A stretch of 64,000 nucleotides of DNA, from contig JANQHR010000046.1 of NCBI GenBank assembly GCA_028282585.1, positions 1-64,000 of the forward strand. The letters are read 5' to 3'. The notes under the pieces are model-generated. The model had not been told where the DNA came from and searched no databases. It saw nothing but the letters and a program-made list of their open reading frames with translations. Both the position numbers and the translations under genes were made by a program. This DNA comes from Bacteroidales bacterium. Lineage in GTDB: Bacteria; Bacteroidota; Bacteroidia; Bacteroidales; UBA12077. Below are positions 11,010 to 23,000 of this stretch, one piece after another; position 1 is the first letter of the stretch; every line of letters begins with the position of its first letter.

Positions 11010-14000
11010 TTAAAAGGTTAGATTTAAGTTAAATCCATAAGATATTGTTTGCGGAAGCGACATATAGTCAAGACCTCCTTGCATGTTGCCCTGACCTTGA
11101 GAAGATTCAGGATCAAAATTTGGTAACTCAGACCATAAAGTAATATTACGGGTTACAAACGCTAAGCTTGCTCTAGACAATTTTACTGGTTCAATCCATT
11201 TTTTGGGTAATTCAAAACTTAATGCAACTTCTCTCAATTTAACAAATGATGTACCATAAACACCTGCTTCATCAATGTTACTTAAAATATCATCATAGTA
11301 ATATTTATAAGCACTTTCATCTCCTGCTCCACCTCTTTCAATGTTGTTCTTACTTCCATCTGACAAGTAACCATCTGCGATAAATGGAGTTATGCGATCT
11401 TCTGTTTCTGCTGCAGATCCATACAGTTTAATTAATCTATTTGATCCTGATGATATCTGCCCGCCCTGTTTCCAATCAATTTGAGCAGAAAGTGTTACAT
11501 ATCTATACACTGTAAATAAATTAGTAAAACCAAGAATAAAGTCTGGAGAAACTTCTCCAATTTTTCCAAACTCTCCTATCATTGGCATGCCATATCCCGG
11601 ATCATTAGGGTCTTCATTAATTAGAATTCTTCCCTGTTCATCTTTTACATACTGATCACCATAAATTGCCGGATAAGTATCACCTGCAGAAGCTCTTATA
11701 TTAGGTGTAACATACCCACCAAGGTTAATATTTTCTACACCTTCAGCCAATTCTTTTACTGTACTTACTGATTTTGTGAAATTTAAGTTAATATCCCAGT
11801 TAAAGTTTCTCGTTTTTACAGGATTTGCATATAACATTAATTCATGGCCAACAGAATGTAAATGTCCTGCGTTTGTCATAAAACTACTATATCCGGTTGA
11901 ACCAGCTAATGGAACAGGAAAAATTTGATCTTTAGAATTGGCCTCATAATAAGTATAATCTAACCCTAATTTATTGTTAAAAAACTTCAAATCAATTCCA
12001 AGTTCAACTGTTCCTGTATTTTGAGGTTTTAAGCCTGTGTCATAAACCAAAGAAGACAATTTAAATCCTGTAACTTCATTAAAAGGATAGTTATAACCAG
12101 CTCTGCTTAACATTCCACTATCAGCTCCTCCGGTTACATAAACAGGGTAGGGATTATATGTTAGCGCTGCTTGACCAACTTCAGCATAAGATGCTCTAAT
12201 TTTACCAAAGCTAAGAAAGCTTAAACTTTCTAAGACGCCTAATTCTGTAAATATAAATCCTAACGATGCAGAAGGGTAAAAGAAGCCTCTGTTTCCATTT
12301 GGCATGGAAGAAATAACATCATAGCGCCCTGTTGCTCCGAAATATAACATATTGTTATAATCAATATTAAGATTTCCAAAAAAACCAACAGCTCTTCTAT
12401 GGAAAATATTATAATCTGCAAACTGATCAGAGCAATTATCTAAATTGTTATATCCCGGTACTGAGAAACCAGATCCTTGAGCATAGTAAAACTCACTCTT
12501 ATTATCGTCTACCTCATTTCCTAGCATAAGGGCAGCCGATAGTGCATCAGTAAGATCATGGCTTAGATTAACTGTAAGTAATGAATTAAGCCTTTTTCTT
12601 GTAACTCCATAATTATCAATACTACCACCTGTTGGTTGAACAAAAGCATAAACAGGATTATTAGGCGTGGGGTATTCACTTGCAGTTGGTAGATCTCCGT
12701 CTCCCATTTCAATATAATCTTCATTATCTGTTGTATAAGCATCCATACCGATTTGGTATTTGATCAATGCCCAATCTGCTGGATTATAGTTTATAGCCAT
12801 ATTCCCAAAAAACCTTGTCGTAGCCTCAAGAAAATGATTATTCTTAATTGACCACAATGCATTGGACCCTAATCCTCTTCGATATGATATCTGGCGATAT
12901 TCACCAAAAGCTCCTTCCTGATGATATGGAGTACCCATTAAGTCATAAGAAGCAGGTGAACCATAAATCTGGAATAAATAACTATCATTTCCTGAAGGCA
13001 GTTTTTGTATTTCACTATTTGAATAATTTGCTGAAAAATCTACAGACCAACTTTCCGTTAAATTAACGTTACCGCCTGCCTTGGCTGTATATCTTGTCAT
13101 TCCTGTTTCATCTACGATACCGGATTGATTGGTATTTCCAAAACCCAAAGCAAAATTTCCAAAGTCGCCTGCATTACTTATATTAATACTATTGGTGAAA
13201 GTATTTCCGTTATTAAAAAATACCTTAGCATTATTATACGCTTTTGGCATTACCCACTCACCTTTATAAGGGTCAAAAAATTCTCCTGCACGTCCCGGGT
13301 AATTATTGCCTCCATATACCGGATCATCAGGTAAGTCTTCTATTCTTGGCCCCCAAGAAAATGAACTTGTAGGTTCAAAATTGCCACCCGTACCTTGAGC
13401 ATATGTCTGTTGAAGATCTGGTAATAATGATATTTTATCAATAGTGTAGCTTGAAGAGAAACTAACAACAGGTTTCCCTTTCTGAGATTTAGATCCTTTT
13501 TTCGTAGTAATAACAATTACTCCATTGGAAGCTCTCATACCATATAGTGCTGCTGCAGCCTGACCTTTTAATACATTGATAGTTTCAATATCGTTCGGAT
13601 TAATATCCAGTGCTCTTGTTGAGTAAGCGGATCCGGTCACATTTGACACGAAATCATTCTCACTATTAATTGGCAGTCCATCAACCACATATAATGGTGT
13701 ATTCGTTCCACTAAATGCTCTTGCACCACGAATAAAAACCTGCGCAGGTGCTCCCGGCATACCGGATGATTGCCTTATCTCCACACCTGCTATTTTTCCT
13801 GACATAGCTGTCATTACATTGGGGTTTGCTGCTTTCACAAGTTGATCTCCTTGAACATCCTGTACAGTATAACCTAATGATTTCCTTTCTTTTGAAATAC
13901 CCAGAGCGGTTACAACTACTTCATCCATTTCTAAAACTTCCGATTCTAAGGCAACGTTAACAACTGACTGTCCGGCAATTGCAACTTCTTTAGTTTTCAT

Positions 14001-14231
14001 ACCTACGAAACTAAACATCAGTGCTTCAGCATCACTTGGCACTGTTATTGAATATTGCCCGTCCAAGTTAGTTGTAGTACCAATAGTTGCATTACCTTTC
14101 ACTACAACAGATACTCCAGGGATTGATAAACCATCTTCAACGCTGGTTACCGTACCCGTAATTTGCATTTGCGCTAATGCATGAAAACCTACAAATAGCA
14201 GAAATGCAAGAAAGATCGTTAATTTTTTCAT
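11010..14231 (-). CDS. SusC/RagA TonB-dependent receptor
   Basis: EVVVTALGI, PLYVVDG, DINPNDIETINVLKG.AAAALYG.RASNGVI, terminal F. Confidence 0.96.
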   Translation of the reverse strand: MKKLTIFLAFLLFVGFHALAQMQITGTVTSVEDGLSIPGVSVVVKGNATIGTTTNLDGQYSITVPSDAEALMFSFVGMKTKEVAIAGQSVVNVALESEVLEMDEVVVTALGISKERKSLGYTVQDVQGDQLVKAANPNVMTAMSGKIAGVEIRQSSGMPGAPAQVFIRGARAFSGTNTPLYVVDGLPINSENDFVSNVTGSAYSTRALDINPNDIETINVLKGQAAAALYGMRASNGVIVITTKKGSKSQKGKPVVSFSSSYTIDKISLLPDLQQTYAQGTGGNFEPTSSFSWGPRIEDLPDDPVYGGNNYPGRAGEFFDPYKGEWVMPKAYNNAKVFFNNGNTFTNSINISNAGDFGNFALGFGNTNQSGIVDETGMTRYTAKAGGNVNLTESWSVDFSANYSNSEIQKLPSGNDSYLFQIYGSPASYDLMGTPYHQEGAFGEYRQISYRRGLGSNALWSIKNNHFLEATTRFFGNMAINYNPADWALIKYQIGMDAYTTDNEDYIEMGDGDLPTASEYPTPNNPVYAFVQPTGGSIDNYGVTRKRLNSLLTVNLSHDLTDALSAALMLGNEVDDNKSEFYYAQGSGFSVPGYNNLDNCSDQFADYNIFHRRAVGFFGNLNIDYNNMLYFGATGRYDVISSMPNGNRGFFYPSASLGFIFTELGVLESLSFLSFGKIRASYAEVGQAALTYNPYPVYVTGGADSGMLSRAGYNYPFNEVTGFKLSSLVYDTGLKPQNTGTVELGIDLKFFNNKLGLDYTYYEANSKDQIFPVPLAGSTGYSSFMTNAGHLHSVGHELMLYANPVKTRNFNWDINLNFTKSVSTVKELAEGVENINLGGYVTPNIRASAGDTYPAIYGDQYVKDEQGRILINEDPNDPGYGMPMIGEFGKIGEVSPDFILGFTNLFTVYRYVTLSAQIDWKQGGQISSGSNRLIKLYGSAAETEDRITPFIADGYLSDGSKNNIERGGAGDESAYKYYYDDILSNIDEAGVYGTSFVKLREVALSFELPKKWIEPVKLSRASLAFVTRNITLWSELPNFDPESSQGQGNMQGGLDYMSLPQTISYGFNLNLTF

Positions 14232-14639
14232 AAATCAAATTTTTAATGGTTAATTTTAGGGATAAGTAAAAAAGGTTGTATGATGACAATGTATAAAAGT
14301 GATATGAAGAATTATATTAATCGTTCAATTACGTACCTAAAATTTTATAATTTATCAGCCATACAGACCTTTATATTACCTTCAATGCTAAAGTATTCCT
14401 TGTTGGCAATACATAAAAATAAAATCAAGTGTCAACCTTTTTTTTCCTACAACCTGCCATCTCCAAACAATGTATTCCACTAAAAGATGGAAAAACTTCC
14501 TCAGGGCTAAATCAAACACTAAATATTATACGTAACCACCTATTAATTCAATTTATGGCATTCGTAGTGCTTTTTTGGTCATTCATATAATTTTTACTGT
14601 AATAAAATTGACCATTTTATTTCATTGGATTGTTTTAAT

Positions 14640-14647
14640 TACCTTTG
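14640..14647 (+). promoter_or_regulatory. Bacteroidota -7 promoter element (TAnnTTTG) upstream of the sensor kinase
   Basis: TACCTTTG 20 nt before the ATG at 14667. Confidence 0.55.
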
Positions 14648-14666
14648 ATAATTTAAGTAACTATAT

Positions 14667-15737
14667 ATGAGTCTAAAAAGAGCTATTTATCATATTATAT
14701 TTTGGATAATATTTGCTTTAATAATTCCTATTTGGTATGAAGTTCCATCTACTAATTATATTGACTCACTATTATCTGTTTTAATTGGACTTCCGACTTT
14801 TGTATTAGGAGTTTACTTTATAGTTTATTATCTTATTCCCAATCTTTTAGTTAGGAAAAGAAAGTATTTATTATTTTTTGCAGCATACCTTCTCTCTATT
14901 GTTATTATTACACTTCATGATACTTTAGTAACCAGATATATTTGTTTACCTCTGTTTTTGCCGGATAGTATTCATCGTTTCTCAAGCTTTATGTTTGATA
15001 AAAAGCATATATTTAGGTTTCTACTTACTGTTCAGTCACAAATACTCTTTTTTATCTCTATTAAATTTTTAAAAGATTATTTAAAAAGCTATTTTGAAAA
15101 GGAACAATTAAAAACAAAAATGGTAGAAACAGAACTAAGTTTATTGAAAGGACAGGTTCATCCTCATTTTTTATTTAATACTTTAAATAATATTTATACA
15201 TTGTCATTAAAAGGTGAAAAAGAACAAGTTACTGAATCCCTGGAAAAGCTATCTAATTTTTTGCATTATACAATCTATGAAAGTAAAAATAAATTCATTA
15301 GTGTAGAAAAAGAAATTGATATTATTAAGAATTATATAGGTATTGAAAAATTAAGGTATTCTAAACTTGACTTAAAAATATCCTTTCCTGAACACACTGA
15401 TCAACTTTATTTTATACCGTTAATCTATTTTACGTTTGTTGAGAATGCCTTTAAGCATGGCACGAGTAAATCTATAATGGACAAATGGATCGATATTAAG
15501 TTGGAAATTTCAAATGGTGATTTATTTTTTACGGTAAAAAACAGTAAAAGTAATAAACTACAAACTGATACTTTAAATTATTCTAAAGGAATAGGGCTTT
15601 TAAATGCAAGAAAAAGGCTTGATCTATACCTGGGTAAAGATAACTATAAATTGGAGATTAAAGACCAAATTAGTTTATATGAGGTAAAATTGCAACACAA
15701 AATTATTGACAATAATGATAAAATGCTTAATAATTGA
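14667..15737 (+). CDS. LytS/YehU-type sensor histidine kinase
   Basis: N-terminal TM helices, LKGQVHPHFLFNTLNNIY, ENAFKHG, GIGLLN. Confidence 0.93.
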   Translation: MSLKRAIYHIIFWIIFALIIPIWYEVPSTNYIDSLLSVLIGLPTFVLGVYFIVYYLIPNLLVRKRKYLLFFAAYLLSIVIITLHDTLVTRYICLPLFLPDSIHRFSSFMFDKKHIFRFLLTVQSQILFFISIKFLKDYLKSYFEKEQLKTKMVETELSLLKGQVHPHFLFNTLNNIYTLSLKGEKEQVTESLEKLSNFLHYTIYESKNKFISVEKEIDIIKNYIGIEKLRYSKLDLKISFPEHTDQLYFIPLIYFTFVENAFKHGTSKSIMDKWIDIKLEISNGDLFFTVKNSKSNKLQTDTLNYSKGIGLLNARKRLDLYLGKDNYKLEIKDQISLYEVKLQHKIIDNNDKMLNN

Positions 15738-16428
15738 TGATGAGCCATTAGCCAGGAAGCTTATCAAGAATCATTTAGAACATTTCAAACAATTTGAAAT
15801 TGTAAGTGAATGCGAGAACGCAATTGAAGCATCACTTGCACTGCAAAATAATTTTATAGATCTAATTTTTTTAGATATACAAATGCCTGAGATAAATGGC
15901 ATTGATTTTCTTAAATCTTTAACCCGAAAACCTAAAGTAATTATTACCTCAGCTTATAAAGAATTTGCAATTGATGGTTTTGATCTGGACGTATTAGATT
16001 TTCTATTAAAACCAATTACATTGGATCGATTTTTTAAGGCTATTAATAAATATTTTGATACAAATTTAACAAGGAGCTTTAGTAATGTTCAAAATAATTT
16101 AGCAATTGATAAGCTGCAAGATGATGATATTCTTATAAAGGATAATAACAAAACCTTTCGAATTAATCCGAATGATATTCTTTATATTGAAGGGATGAGG
16201 GAATATATAAAAGTTTATACGAAAAGCGAAAACATTGTCACCAAAACCAGCTTAACCAGGTTTTATAGCCAATTACCAAAAAGATCTTTTATAAGAGTTC
16301 ATAAATCGTTTATAGTTAACTTTAAAAAAGTAAAATCATTTACTTCAATATCTGTAGATATTAATGAAAAGAAGATTCCAATAGGAAGAAGTTATAAAAT
16401 TGCAACTTTGGAAGTATTAAATGCATAA
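15715..16428 (+). CDS. LytTR-family response regulator
   Basis: IIDDEPLA, FLDIQMP, LLKP receiver; FIRVHKSFIVN and IPIGRSY LytTR domain; ATG at 15715 preferred over the ORF-track start. Confidence 0.93.
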   Translation: MIKCLIIDDEPLARKLIKNHLEHFKQFEIVSECENAIEASLALQNNFIDLIFLDIQMPEINGIDFLKSLTRKPKVIITSAYKEFAIDGFDLDVLDFLLKPITLDRFFKAINKYFDTNLTRSFSNVQNNLAIDKLQDDDILIKDNNKTFRINPNDILYIEGMREYIKVYTKSENIVTKTSLTRFYSQLPKRSFIRVHKSFIVNFKKVKSFTSISVDINEKKIPIGRSYKIATLEVLNA

Positions 16429-16432
16429 GAAA

Positions 16433-16470
16433 GAGGCTTCTATGTTTAAAGCACGAGAAGCCTTCTTTTT
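16433..16470. terminator. Hairpin between convergent genes
   Basis: aggcttct...agaagcct stem followed by a T-run. Confidence 0.55.
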
Positions 16471-16471
16471 A

Positions 16472-17692
16472 TTACTCTTTTCCGTCTAAATAGTTTTGTA
16501 AATAGGCATATCGCTCTGTTAATTTCCCATTTTTTGCTATTGTGGCCCGCTCAATCATTCCGGTATCATCGTTACCAAATAGCGAAGGATAAACCTTATC
16601 CATTAAATTCATACCAAAATCAGATGAAGCATTGCGAGGTAATTCTCCGGGTAAATTATCGACCGCCATTACGCTAATATTTTTTGGACTCATAAAAGGT
16701 CTTTCATCCTTCCCTGTTTCCGGGTTATACCCATAAAAAGGATCAGCAATGGTTGATGCACGAACTGTAGATGCTATCGGACCATTTACATCACAACTTA
16801 CGTCAGCAATCACGGTAATCTTAAAATCCGTGTCTAAATAATTCTCTTTTTTAATAAATATTGGAGACTTAGGATCCCAGTAATGGCAAGCTATGAAAAT
16901 ATCCGTTACTTTAGTAAACGGTTTAAAAGTTGATTCATACTCTTCCGGATGTTTAAAAAAATGTTGTAGGTTGAATTCCATTCCGCCCCTATGTTTTACG
17001 TAATGCTCCGGATCAATACGACAAAGTACCGGTTCATTGAATTCTTTATTTAGAAATTCTTCTGGTGTAACTTCTCTTAAATTAAGCTGACTTAACGTTT
17101 CCATCGCTCCCATTGCAACGCGTCCACCTCCAGAGACAAGTATTTTTATGTTCTTTAATTTTATTTTTCTTAAGCCAGCGTACATCTCGTCCATATCAAT
17201 GCACTGATGCGCTGCCTTCAATTGAAAGTTATCAGTTCGTGTACCTCTTGCCCTTAAACCGTTATATGCTCCAACAATACCAGCCCATCGACCAAAGGCT
17301 ACAATTCTTTGTTCATTATAATCTGTTAAATACTCATAATCTACTAACCGAATTTTCTTCTTTATAATTTCTTGTAATAAACCCCTATTATAAGGTTGTT
17401 TTTTTGCAACGTGCGCAAAAAACATATATGTTTTATTGGCGATTAAGGTATGAGGGTCAACTTCTTTTACACCTAAAAGAATATTACAATCACTTAAATC
17501 CTCTTTTAGGTTTAGGTCAAGGTATTGATATTCTTCATCAGTATAGCACCTAATATCGCTAGGCTGTAAAAAAACCTCCGCATTTGGAAAGCGTTCCGTC
17601 AATTTTACAACTTGAGATGGAGTTATAGGAACTCGTTTGTCAGGTGGATTTTTAGTCTCACGTAAAATACCGATTTTTAATTTAGGTGTCAT
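16472..17692 (-). CDS. Saccharopine-dehydrogenase-like NAD(P)-dependent oxidoreductase (AlaDh/PNT fold)
   Basis: GILRETK.PPDKRVP, LLGVKEV, FFAHVAKKQPYN, MAVDNLPGELP. Confidence 0.82.
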   Translation of the reverse strand: MTPKLKIGILRETKNPPDKRVPITPSQVVKLTERFPNAEVFLQPSDIRCYTDEEYQYLDLNLKEDLSDCNILLGVKEVDPHTLIANKTYMFFAHVAKKQPYNRGLLQEIIKKKIRLVDYEYLTDYNEQRIVAFGRWAGIVGAYNGLRARGTRTDNFQLKAAHQCIDMDEMYAGLRKIKLKNIKILVSGGGRVAMGAMETLSQLNLREVTPEEFLNKEFNEPVLCRIDPEHYVKHRGGMEFNLQHFFKHPEEYESTFKPFTKVTDIFIACHYWDPKSPIFIKKENYLDTDFKITVIADVSCDVNGPIASTVRASTIADPFYGYNPETGKDERPFMSPKNISVMAVDNLPGELPRNASSDFGMNLMDKVYPSLFGNDDTGMIERATIAKNGKLTERYAYLQNYLDGKE

Positions 17693-17892
17693 AAAATATT
17701 TTTTAACAATTTGTAATTAAACTTCTGACGAAGAAATAATAAATAGACTTTGATTTTATATTATATTCTTATCAAAGTTAACCTGAACTATTCATTAATA
17801 ATTAAAAAAAATAATAAGAATAAAAACATCAGATTAAAGAGTCTAAAATTAATTTTTTTTATGAAAAAACCACGAAACAGGCAATCATTTTG

Positions 17893-17900
17893 TAAATTTG
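17893..17900 (+). promoter_or_regulatory. -7 promoter element of tmRNA
   Basis: TAAATTTG (TAnnTTTG) 11 nt upstream of the mature 5' end. Confidence 0.7.
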
Positions 17901-17911
17901 CAGTCTATTCT

Positions 17912-18308
17912 GGGGCTGCCTTGGTTTTGACGGTAAGGTAAACTGGAATGTAAGCATGTCGAGCTTTGTGTTTTGGCTCGTTAATCTCAATGCTCAGAAT
18001 TTTAAACGGCGAAAATAATTACGCGCTTGCTGCTTAATATCACTCAGTGAATTAAGCTTAATTCTGACGCTAGGCCGTCAGAACGAGCTGTCTCTCAAAA
18101 AGCGTTGTTTAACCGCATTTTGATATAGAGGCATCGTAAATGTTAAACTAGTTTGCTTAGCGCTTTGATAAGCAAACGAAACCTAAGAAGCTAAGGATTG
18201 GTTCGGCCGCTCTTTGCCAGGCTAATCACAAAAAATAACATAGAGATAAGCATGTAGAAAACATTTGGGTTCTTTATTCGGACGCGGGTTCGACTCCCGC
18301 CAGCTCCA
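17912..18308 (+). ncRNA. ssrA: tmRNA; tag peptide (A)GENNYALAA
   Basis: 5' GGGGCTG pairs with 3' CAGCTCC+A; T-arm GCGGG-TTCGACT-CCCGC; tag reading frame ggc gaa aat aat tac gcg ctt gct gct taa at 18008-18037; CCA not encoded. Confidence 0.97.
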
Positions 18309-18470
18309 CAAAATGAGTAATGAGTGTGAGTATTGAGCAAGAGCGAAAAAACGAAAGTTCAAAATTGATTTGTCCCACTAGGCTAAAACTGTTGTACAAA
18401 TTAATTCCGCATATAATCTGAATGTTAAGAAAGAGTTAGAACACTTGTTTTGTTTTCTAATTATAAAAAG

Positions 18471-18644
18471 ATGAAAAGCTTTACAATATTGTTGTTAATT
18501 GGAGTATCAATTAATTTTTATTCTTGCAGAAAATATAGAGATTCACCCTTTAATAAATGCATTTCAAAAAAAACACAACTAATAAAAAGATCTTCTGTAT
18601 TTATAAATAGTATTTTCAGATTTTATTCGTTTTTTAAATTATAA
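18471..18644 (+). pseudogene. Truncated lipoprotein gene remnant
   Basis: MKSFTILLLIGVSINFYSCRKY is a lipoprotein-type signal peptide, but the ORF is only 57 aa and runs into the tolC-like gene. Confidence 0.35.
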
Positions 18645-19933
18645 TCATCGATTACTCCGCCTGTTAACCTTAATAGAGTATGATAGCTCTGGATTAAATT
18701 GTACATGGCATTTTGATAACTTAGTGCAGTGTTGGAATAAAGTTGCTGAATATCTCTATAATTGAAGGAATTAATAGAGCCATTATCAAATTTTTGCTTA
18801 GATAATTCCAAATTCAGCTCAGCAGCTTTAAGGTTTTCTTCTGCCAGCGTTAAAAGTTCTTGCCTTACTTCGTATAGCTCAAATTCTTGTGCTAACTGGT
18901 TTTTAAGCTCCTGTTGCATTTCTGTTGTTTCAATTTCAGAGATTTCCTGCTCAATTTTAGATGCCTGTAATGCCCTTCTCCTGGAACCCCCTTCGTAAAT
19001 CGAATAGGAAACACTCATATTTAAACTGGTATTATATCCGCTTGACGAGATGTCAGGATTGGTATCATAATTAGTTTCCGAATCGGAATAGCCTCCTGAA
19101 GCTCCTACGGAAATAGTTGGATAATAGGCACTTTTGGATGATTTGACTTCTAATTTAGCCATTTCCAAATTTACATACTGATTCTTTAGGGTGTTATTAT
19201 TTTCAAGCATCTTTGATTCTAAATTCGTTAATTCAAAATCTTTTGCAGCTATATCAAACGATGATATGTAGATGTATTCTTTATTTAAATCTTCTGCCAT
19301 AAGGTTATTTAATTGCCTTTTGGCATTGTTGTAAGAAGACTTCGCTGATAAATAATTTGATTTATCTTCTAAAAAGGAATTCTGAGCTTGCAATAAATCA
19401 TACGTAACGGAAGTTCCTAGTTGTTTCTTTCTTTTCTCTTGCTCATACCGGTCTTCCGACAAACTCATTGATTTACCTGCAATTTCCATATTCTTTTCGG
19501 TTAAAAGAATGTTATAATAAGCCAGAATTACATCCACAATGGTATTTTCGACAGTAATCGCTAAATTCCCTTCAGACATTTTCTCTAACTCCTCCAGGCT
19601 TTGCTTCGTAATTCTGGCTCCAAACCCCCGGAATATTACCCAATTTAAGTCTACCGAACCACTTAATGTACTATTGGTATAATCATCATTATCATTATAG
19701 TTCCATGATTCACTTCCTACGCCTGTAAAACTTACGGTTGGCAGGGCTCCGGTATTACCCCAGGAATTAGTTAATTCACTTATTTCGTGAGATTTCTGTA
19801 CGGTAACAATCCCGTAGTTATTTTCCAAGGCTTTTTGTACAGCATCTTCAATACTTAACCGGTTTATATCTTGGCTAAATACTGGAAAACTTGCTATGTA
19901 AAGTGCTATACTCATTATAATTTTTGTTTTCAT
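18623..19933 (-). CDS. TolC-family outer-membrane efflux protein
   Basis: LSIEDAVQKALENN, ALPTV/YYPTIS repeats, coiled coils; in an operon with RND and MFP genes. Confidence 0.92.
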   Translation of the reverse strand: MKTKIIMSIALYIASFPVFSQDINRLSIEDAVQKALENNYGIVTVQKSHEISELTNSWGNTGALPTVSFTGVGSESWNYNDNDDYTNSTLSGSVDLNWVIFRGFGARITKQSLEELEKMSEGNLAITVENTIVDVILAYYNILLTEKNMEIAGKSMSLSEDRYEQEKRKKQLGTSVTYDLLQAQNSFLEDKSNYLSAKSSYNNAKRQLNNLMAEDLNKEYIYISSFDIAAKDFELTNLESKMLENNNTLKNQYVNLEMAKLEVKSSKSAYYPTISVGASGGYSDSETNYDTNPDISSSGYNTSLNMSVSYSIYEGGSRRRALQASKIEQEISEIETTEMQQELKNQLAQEFELYEVRQELLTLAEENLKAAELNLELSKQKFDNGSINSFNYRDIQQLYSNTALSYQNAMYNLIQSYHTLLRLTGGVIDDYNLKNE

Positions 19934-20005
19934 TTTTAATTAGCTTTTTGCCTTTAGCATTATTTATTCTTTTGTCTTTTTGCTTTTATCTTTATTCTTT
20001 ACAGC

Positions 20006-23000
20006 CTAAAACTCTTTGTCCATGGCTTCATTCAGGCTCATATCAATTTGATGGTTTATTACTGCTACCTCTACCGATTCCGGAGTAATTTCTTCTTTTT
20101 TGAATAATCTCTTCATTTTAACATTAAATGTATTTACTAGTACAATCAATAATGGAAAAACCAAAAGAATAAAGGTTGTTCCAAACAGAATTCCATAAGC
20201 CAATGCAATTGCCATTGGAATAAGGAATACTGCATCGGGGCTTCTTTCAAGAATCAGTGGCATTAATCCGGCAGTTGTGGTAATGGTTGTTAATTGAATA
20301 GCTCTGAATCGTAATTTGCCGGCATCAATTGATGCCTCAATCACGCTCATTCCTCTTATTAAATTCTGATTATATTTTGACAAAAAAATGATAGCATCGT
20401 TAATTATTGTCCCTGATAGGGTCACAAAACCCAACAAACTCATTACCGATATTGGTTCTCCATGGATTCCATGCCCCCATATGGCTCCGACAAACCCAAA
20501 AGGAATCATTACAAGAATCATTAATCCTTGTTGGAATGATTTAAAATAAATCATAATGATGAGAACAATAATTAGAAATGCAATCCCGAAATACTTGGCA
20601 AGATTTTCCATTTGTTCGGCCACATCCTTTTCTTGCCCTTGTTGTGTGTAGGTTACACCCTGGTGCTTTTCTAAAATATCTGGTAAAATATTTGATTCGA
20701 TGTATGCCAGGATTGGAGGTACTGCTTCGCTTTCGTCTTTTAAATAAGCATCTACACGTATTTCTTTTTTACCATTATAACGATTAATTTTACTCAAACT
20801 TCGCTCAGTTGAAAAGTCGGCAAGTTGTGTTAAGGGAAATTGTCCTTTAGGAGTATTAATCATCATATTTTCAAGCTGGCCCATGGTAGAACGATTGTCT
20901 TTCGGATAACGAACATAAATCCAGATTTCATCTTTCCCTTCCTGTATTCTTTGTGCTAATGCTCCAAAATACCCATTACGAACTTGTTGCATCAATGAAT
21001 TTTGAGTTAAACCTAGGATATAAGCATCTGGTTTAAGGGTAATTTGTATTTCCTGACTTCCGATCTGACTATTGTCAGTAATATTAAATAGTGATGGTAT
21101 TTTTTCGAGTTCTTCCTTAAATTGTTTTTTAGCTTTTTCTAACTCATCGATGTTATAACCTAACAGGCTTATTGAGACTGGAGCCCCAAATTGATTTGAT
21201 GCTCCTACTGCATATTTATATGCTTCAGGTATTTTACCGGTTTTTTGTAAAATAGAATTTTTAATTGTTTGGTCACTAACTTTAGTATCTTCTAACTGAT
21301 TTAGAAAAACAAGAATCATTCCTGCGTTAGTTCCAGATTCTGTGCCGCCAAAGGAATTTCCCATAGTAACTTCTGTTGCTAAAATATAGTCAATAGTATC
21401 CCCATATTCAGCCTTTAGTTCTTTGTTAACCTCCCATACCTGTGTTTCAATCCAAAAAAGTTTGTCTTTAGTAATTTCTTCGTTAATGCCAGGTTTTAAC
21501 GCTACATCAATGCTAAACATATCAGTTGGTTCAGGGGGGAAGAAGGTAAACGGAATCTTTCCACCCACAACCAAACCAATAGTTAAAATAACTATAGCGG
21601 TAATGGTTGCTAAACTTAAAGCTTTATGTTCTATAATTTTTGATACAAAAGGTATGTATACCTTATCTCTTACATGCATAAATGCACGATCGATTTTTTT
21701 TCGCAGTTTACCATATATCGATTTTTTTTCTGTTGGTTTTAAGACTTTAGGAGTTGCCAGGTGTCCCGGTAATACAAATATGCCCTCGACAAGAGAAAAT
21801 ATTAAGCAAGCTATTGCAACAAAAGCCATTTCATTCATCATTTTAAGACCACCTTCAATAAATAATAAAGGAGTAAATGCTATAACTGTTGTTGCTATTG
21901 ATGTAAATACAGCTGGTAATACTTCCATGGTTCCGTCAATTGCAGCACGCCGCGGACTTTTTCCCATTTCAAAATGCGAAAAAATATTTTCGCCTATTAC
22001 TACACCATCGTCGACCAATATTCCAATTATTAATATCATTCCGAATAAGGAAATAATATTTATTGTAACACCATTTAGTGCGGCAACGATAAACATTCCT
22101 AAAAATGAAGCCGGGATACCCCAGGCAACCCAAAGTGATAGCCTGAAGTTCAATAACAAAGAAAGCATAAGTATTACCAATATTACTCCTAAGAGACCAT
22201 TTTGGATCAAGATAGATTGTTGACTATCAACCACATCTAAGAAATCCATCAGGATTTCAATTTGTGTGCTTTCATGTATCGCATTATAGTTCTTTACATA
22301 TGCGTTTACAAACTCAGAAATTTCTTCCAGATCTTCTGTCTTTAATTTCTCAATCATAAAGGTTACACTTGGATTACCATTAACATAACTTCCGTTTGGA
22401 GTTTCTTCAAATTGAAGTTTTACATCGGCAACATCACCAATATTTACGGTTCTGCCATCAGAATTTGTTTTAATAACTATTTTTTCAATATCAATAGGAT
22501 TTACTGAACGGCTGCGGCTAGTGATCTTGATTTCCTCCCTGGGATTTTTAATTATCCCAGCATGAATGTCTAAATTATTTGTAGAAATTGCATTACTTAT
22601 ATCTGTAAAATTTAAGTTGAATCTTCTTAACTGCGTTTCGTTAATTTCTACAACAAGTTCCAGTATTTCTGGTATTCCAGTCATTGTTATCTGTGAAATT
22701 ACCCCTGATGTCAATAAGTCATCCTCAACACGATTTGCTGCCTTATTTAATTTGAGCAAATCGTTATCTTCAGCCGAAAGGGTAAAAAAAAGAGCCATGT
22801 CTTTTGATCTATTTTTAGACACAATAGGTTGTTCTGCTCCTGCAGGAAAATTTGAGATACCATCCACAACGTTTTTAACATCGGAAAGTAACTCATCCAT
22901 ATCGTAATTGCTCATTCCAATAATCAAAACCTGCGTAAAGTTTTCGCTCGAAGTAGAAGAAAACTCTTTTATTCCAGGGATACCACGTATTTCATTTTCA

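Noticed and set aside
17750-17941. 63-aa ORF upstream of tmRNA
   Set aside because: Overlaps the ssrA promoter and 5' end; low-complexity AT-rich translation
18313-18346. Short tgagt-like tandem repeats after tmRNA (possible left-arm sites)
   Set aside because: Irregular and do not match the ATGGTCACA repeats; no CRISPR-like spacing
21423-22223. 266-aa plus-strand ORF, and the other antisense ORFs in the track
   Set aside because: Shadow frames opposite well-supported genes, with no motifs
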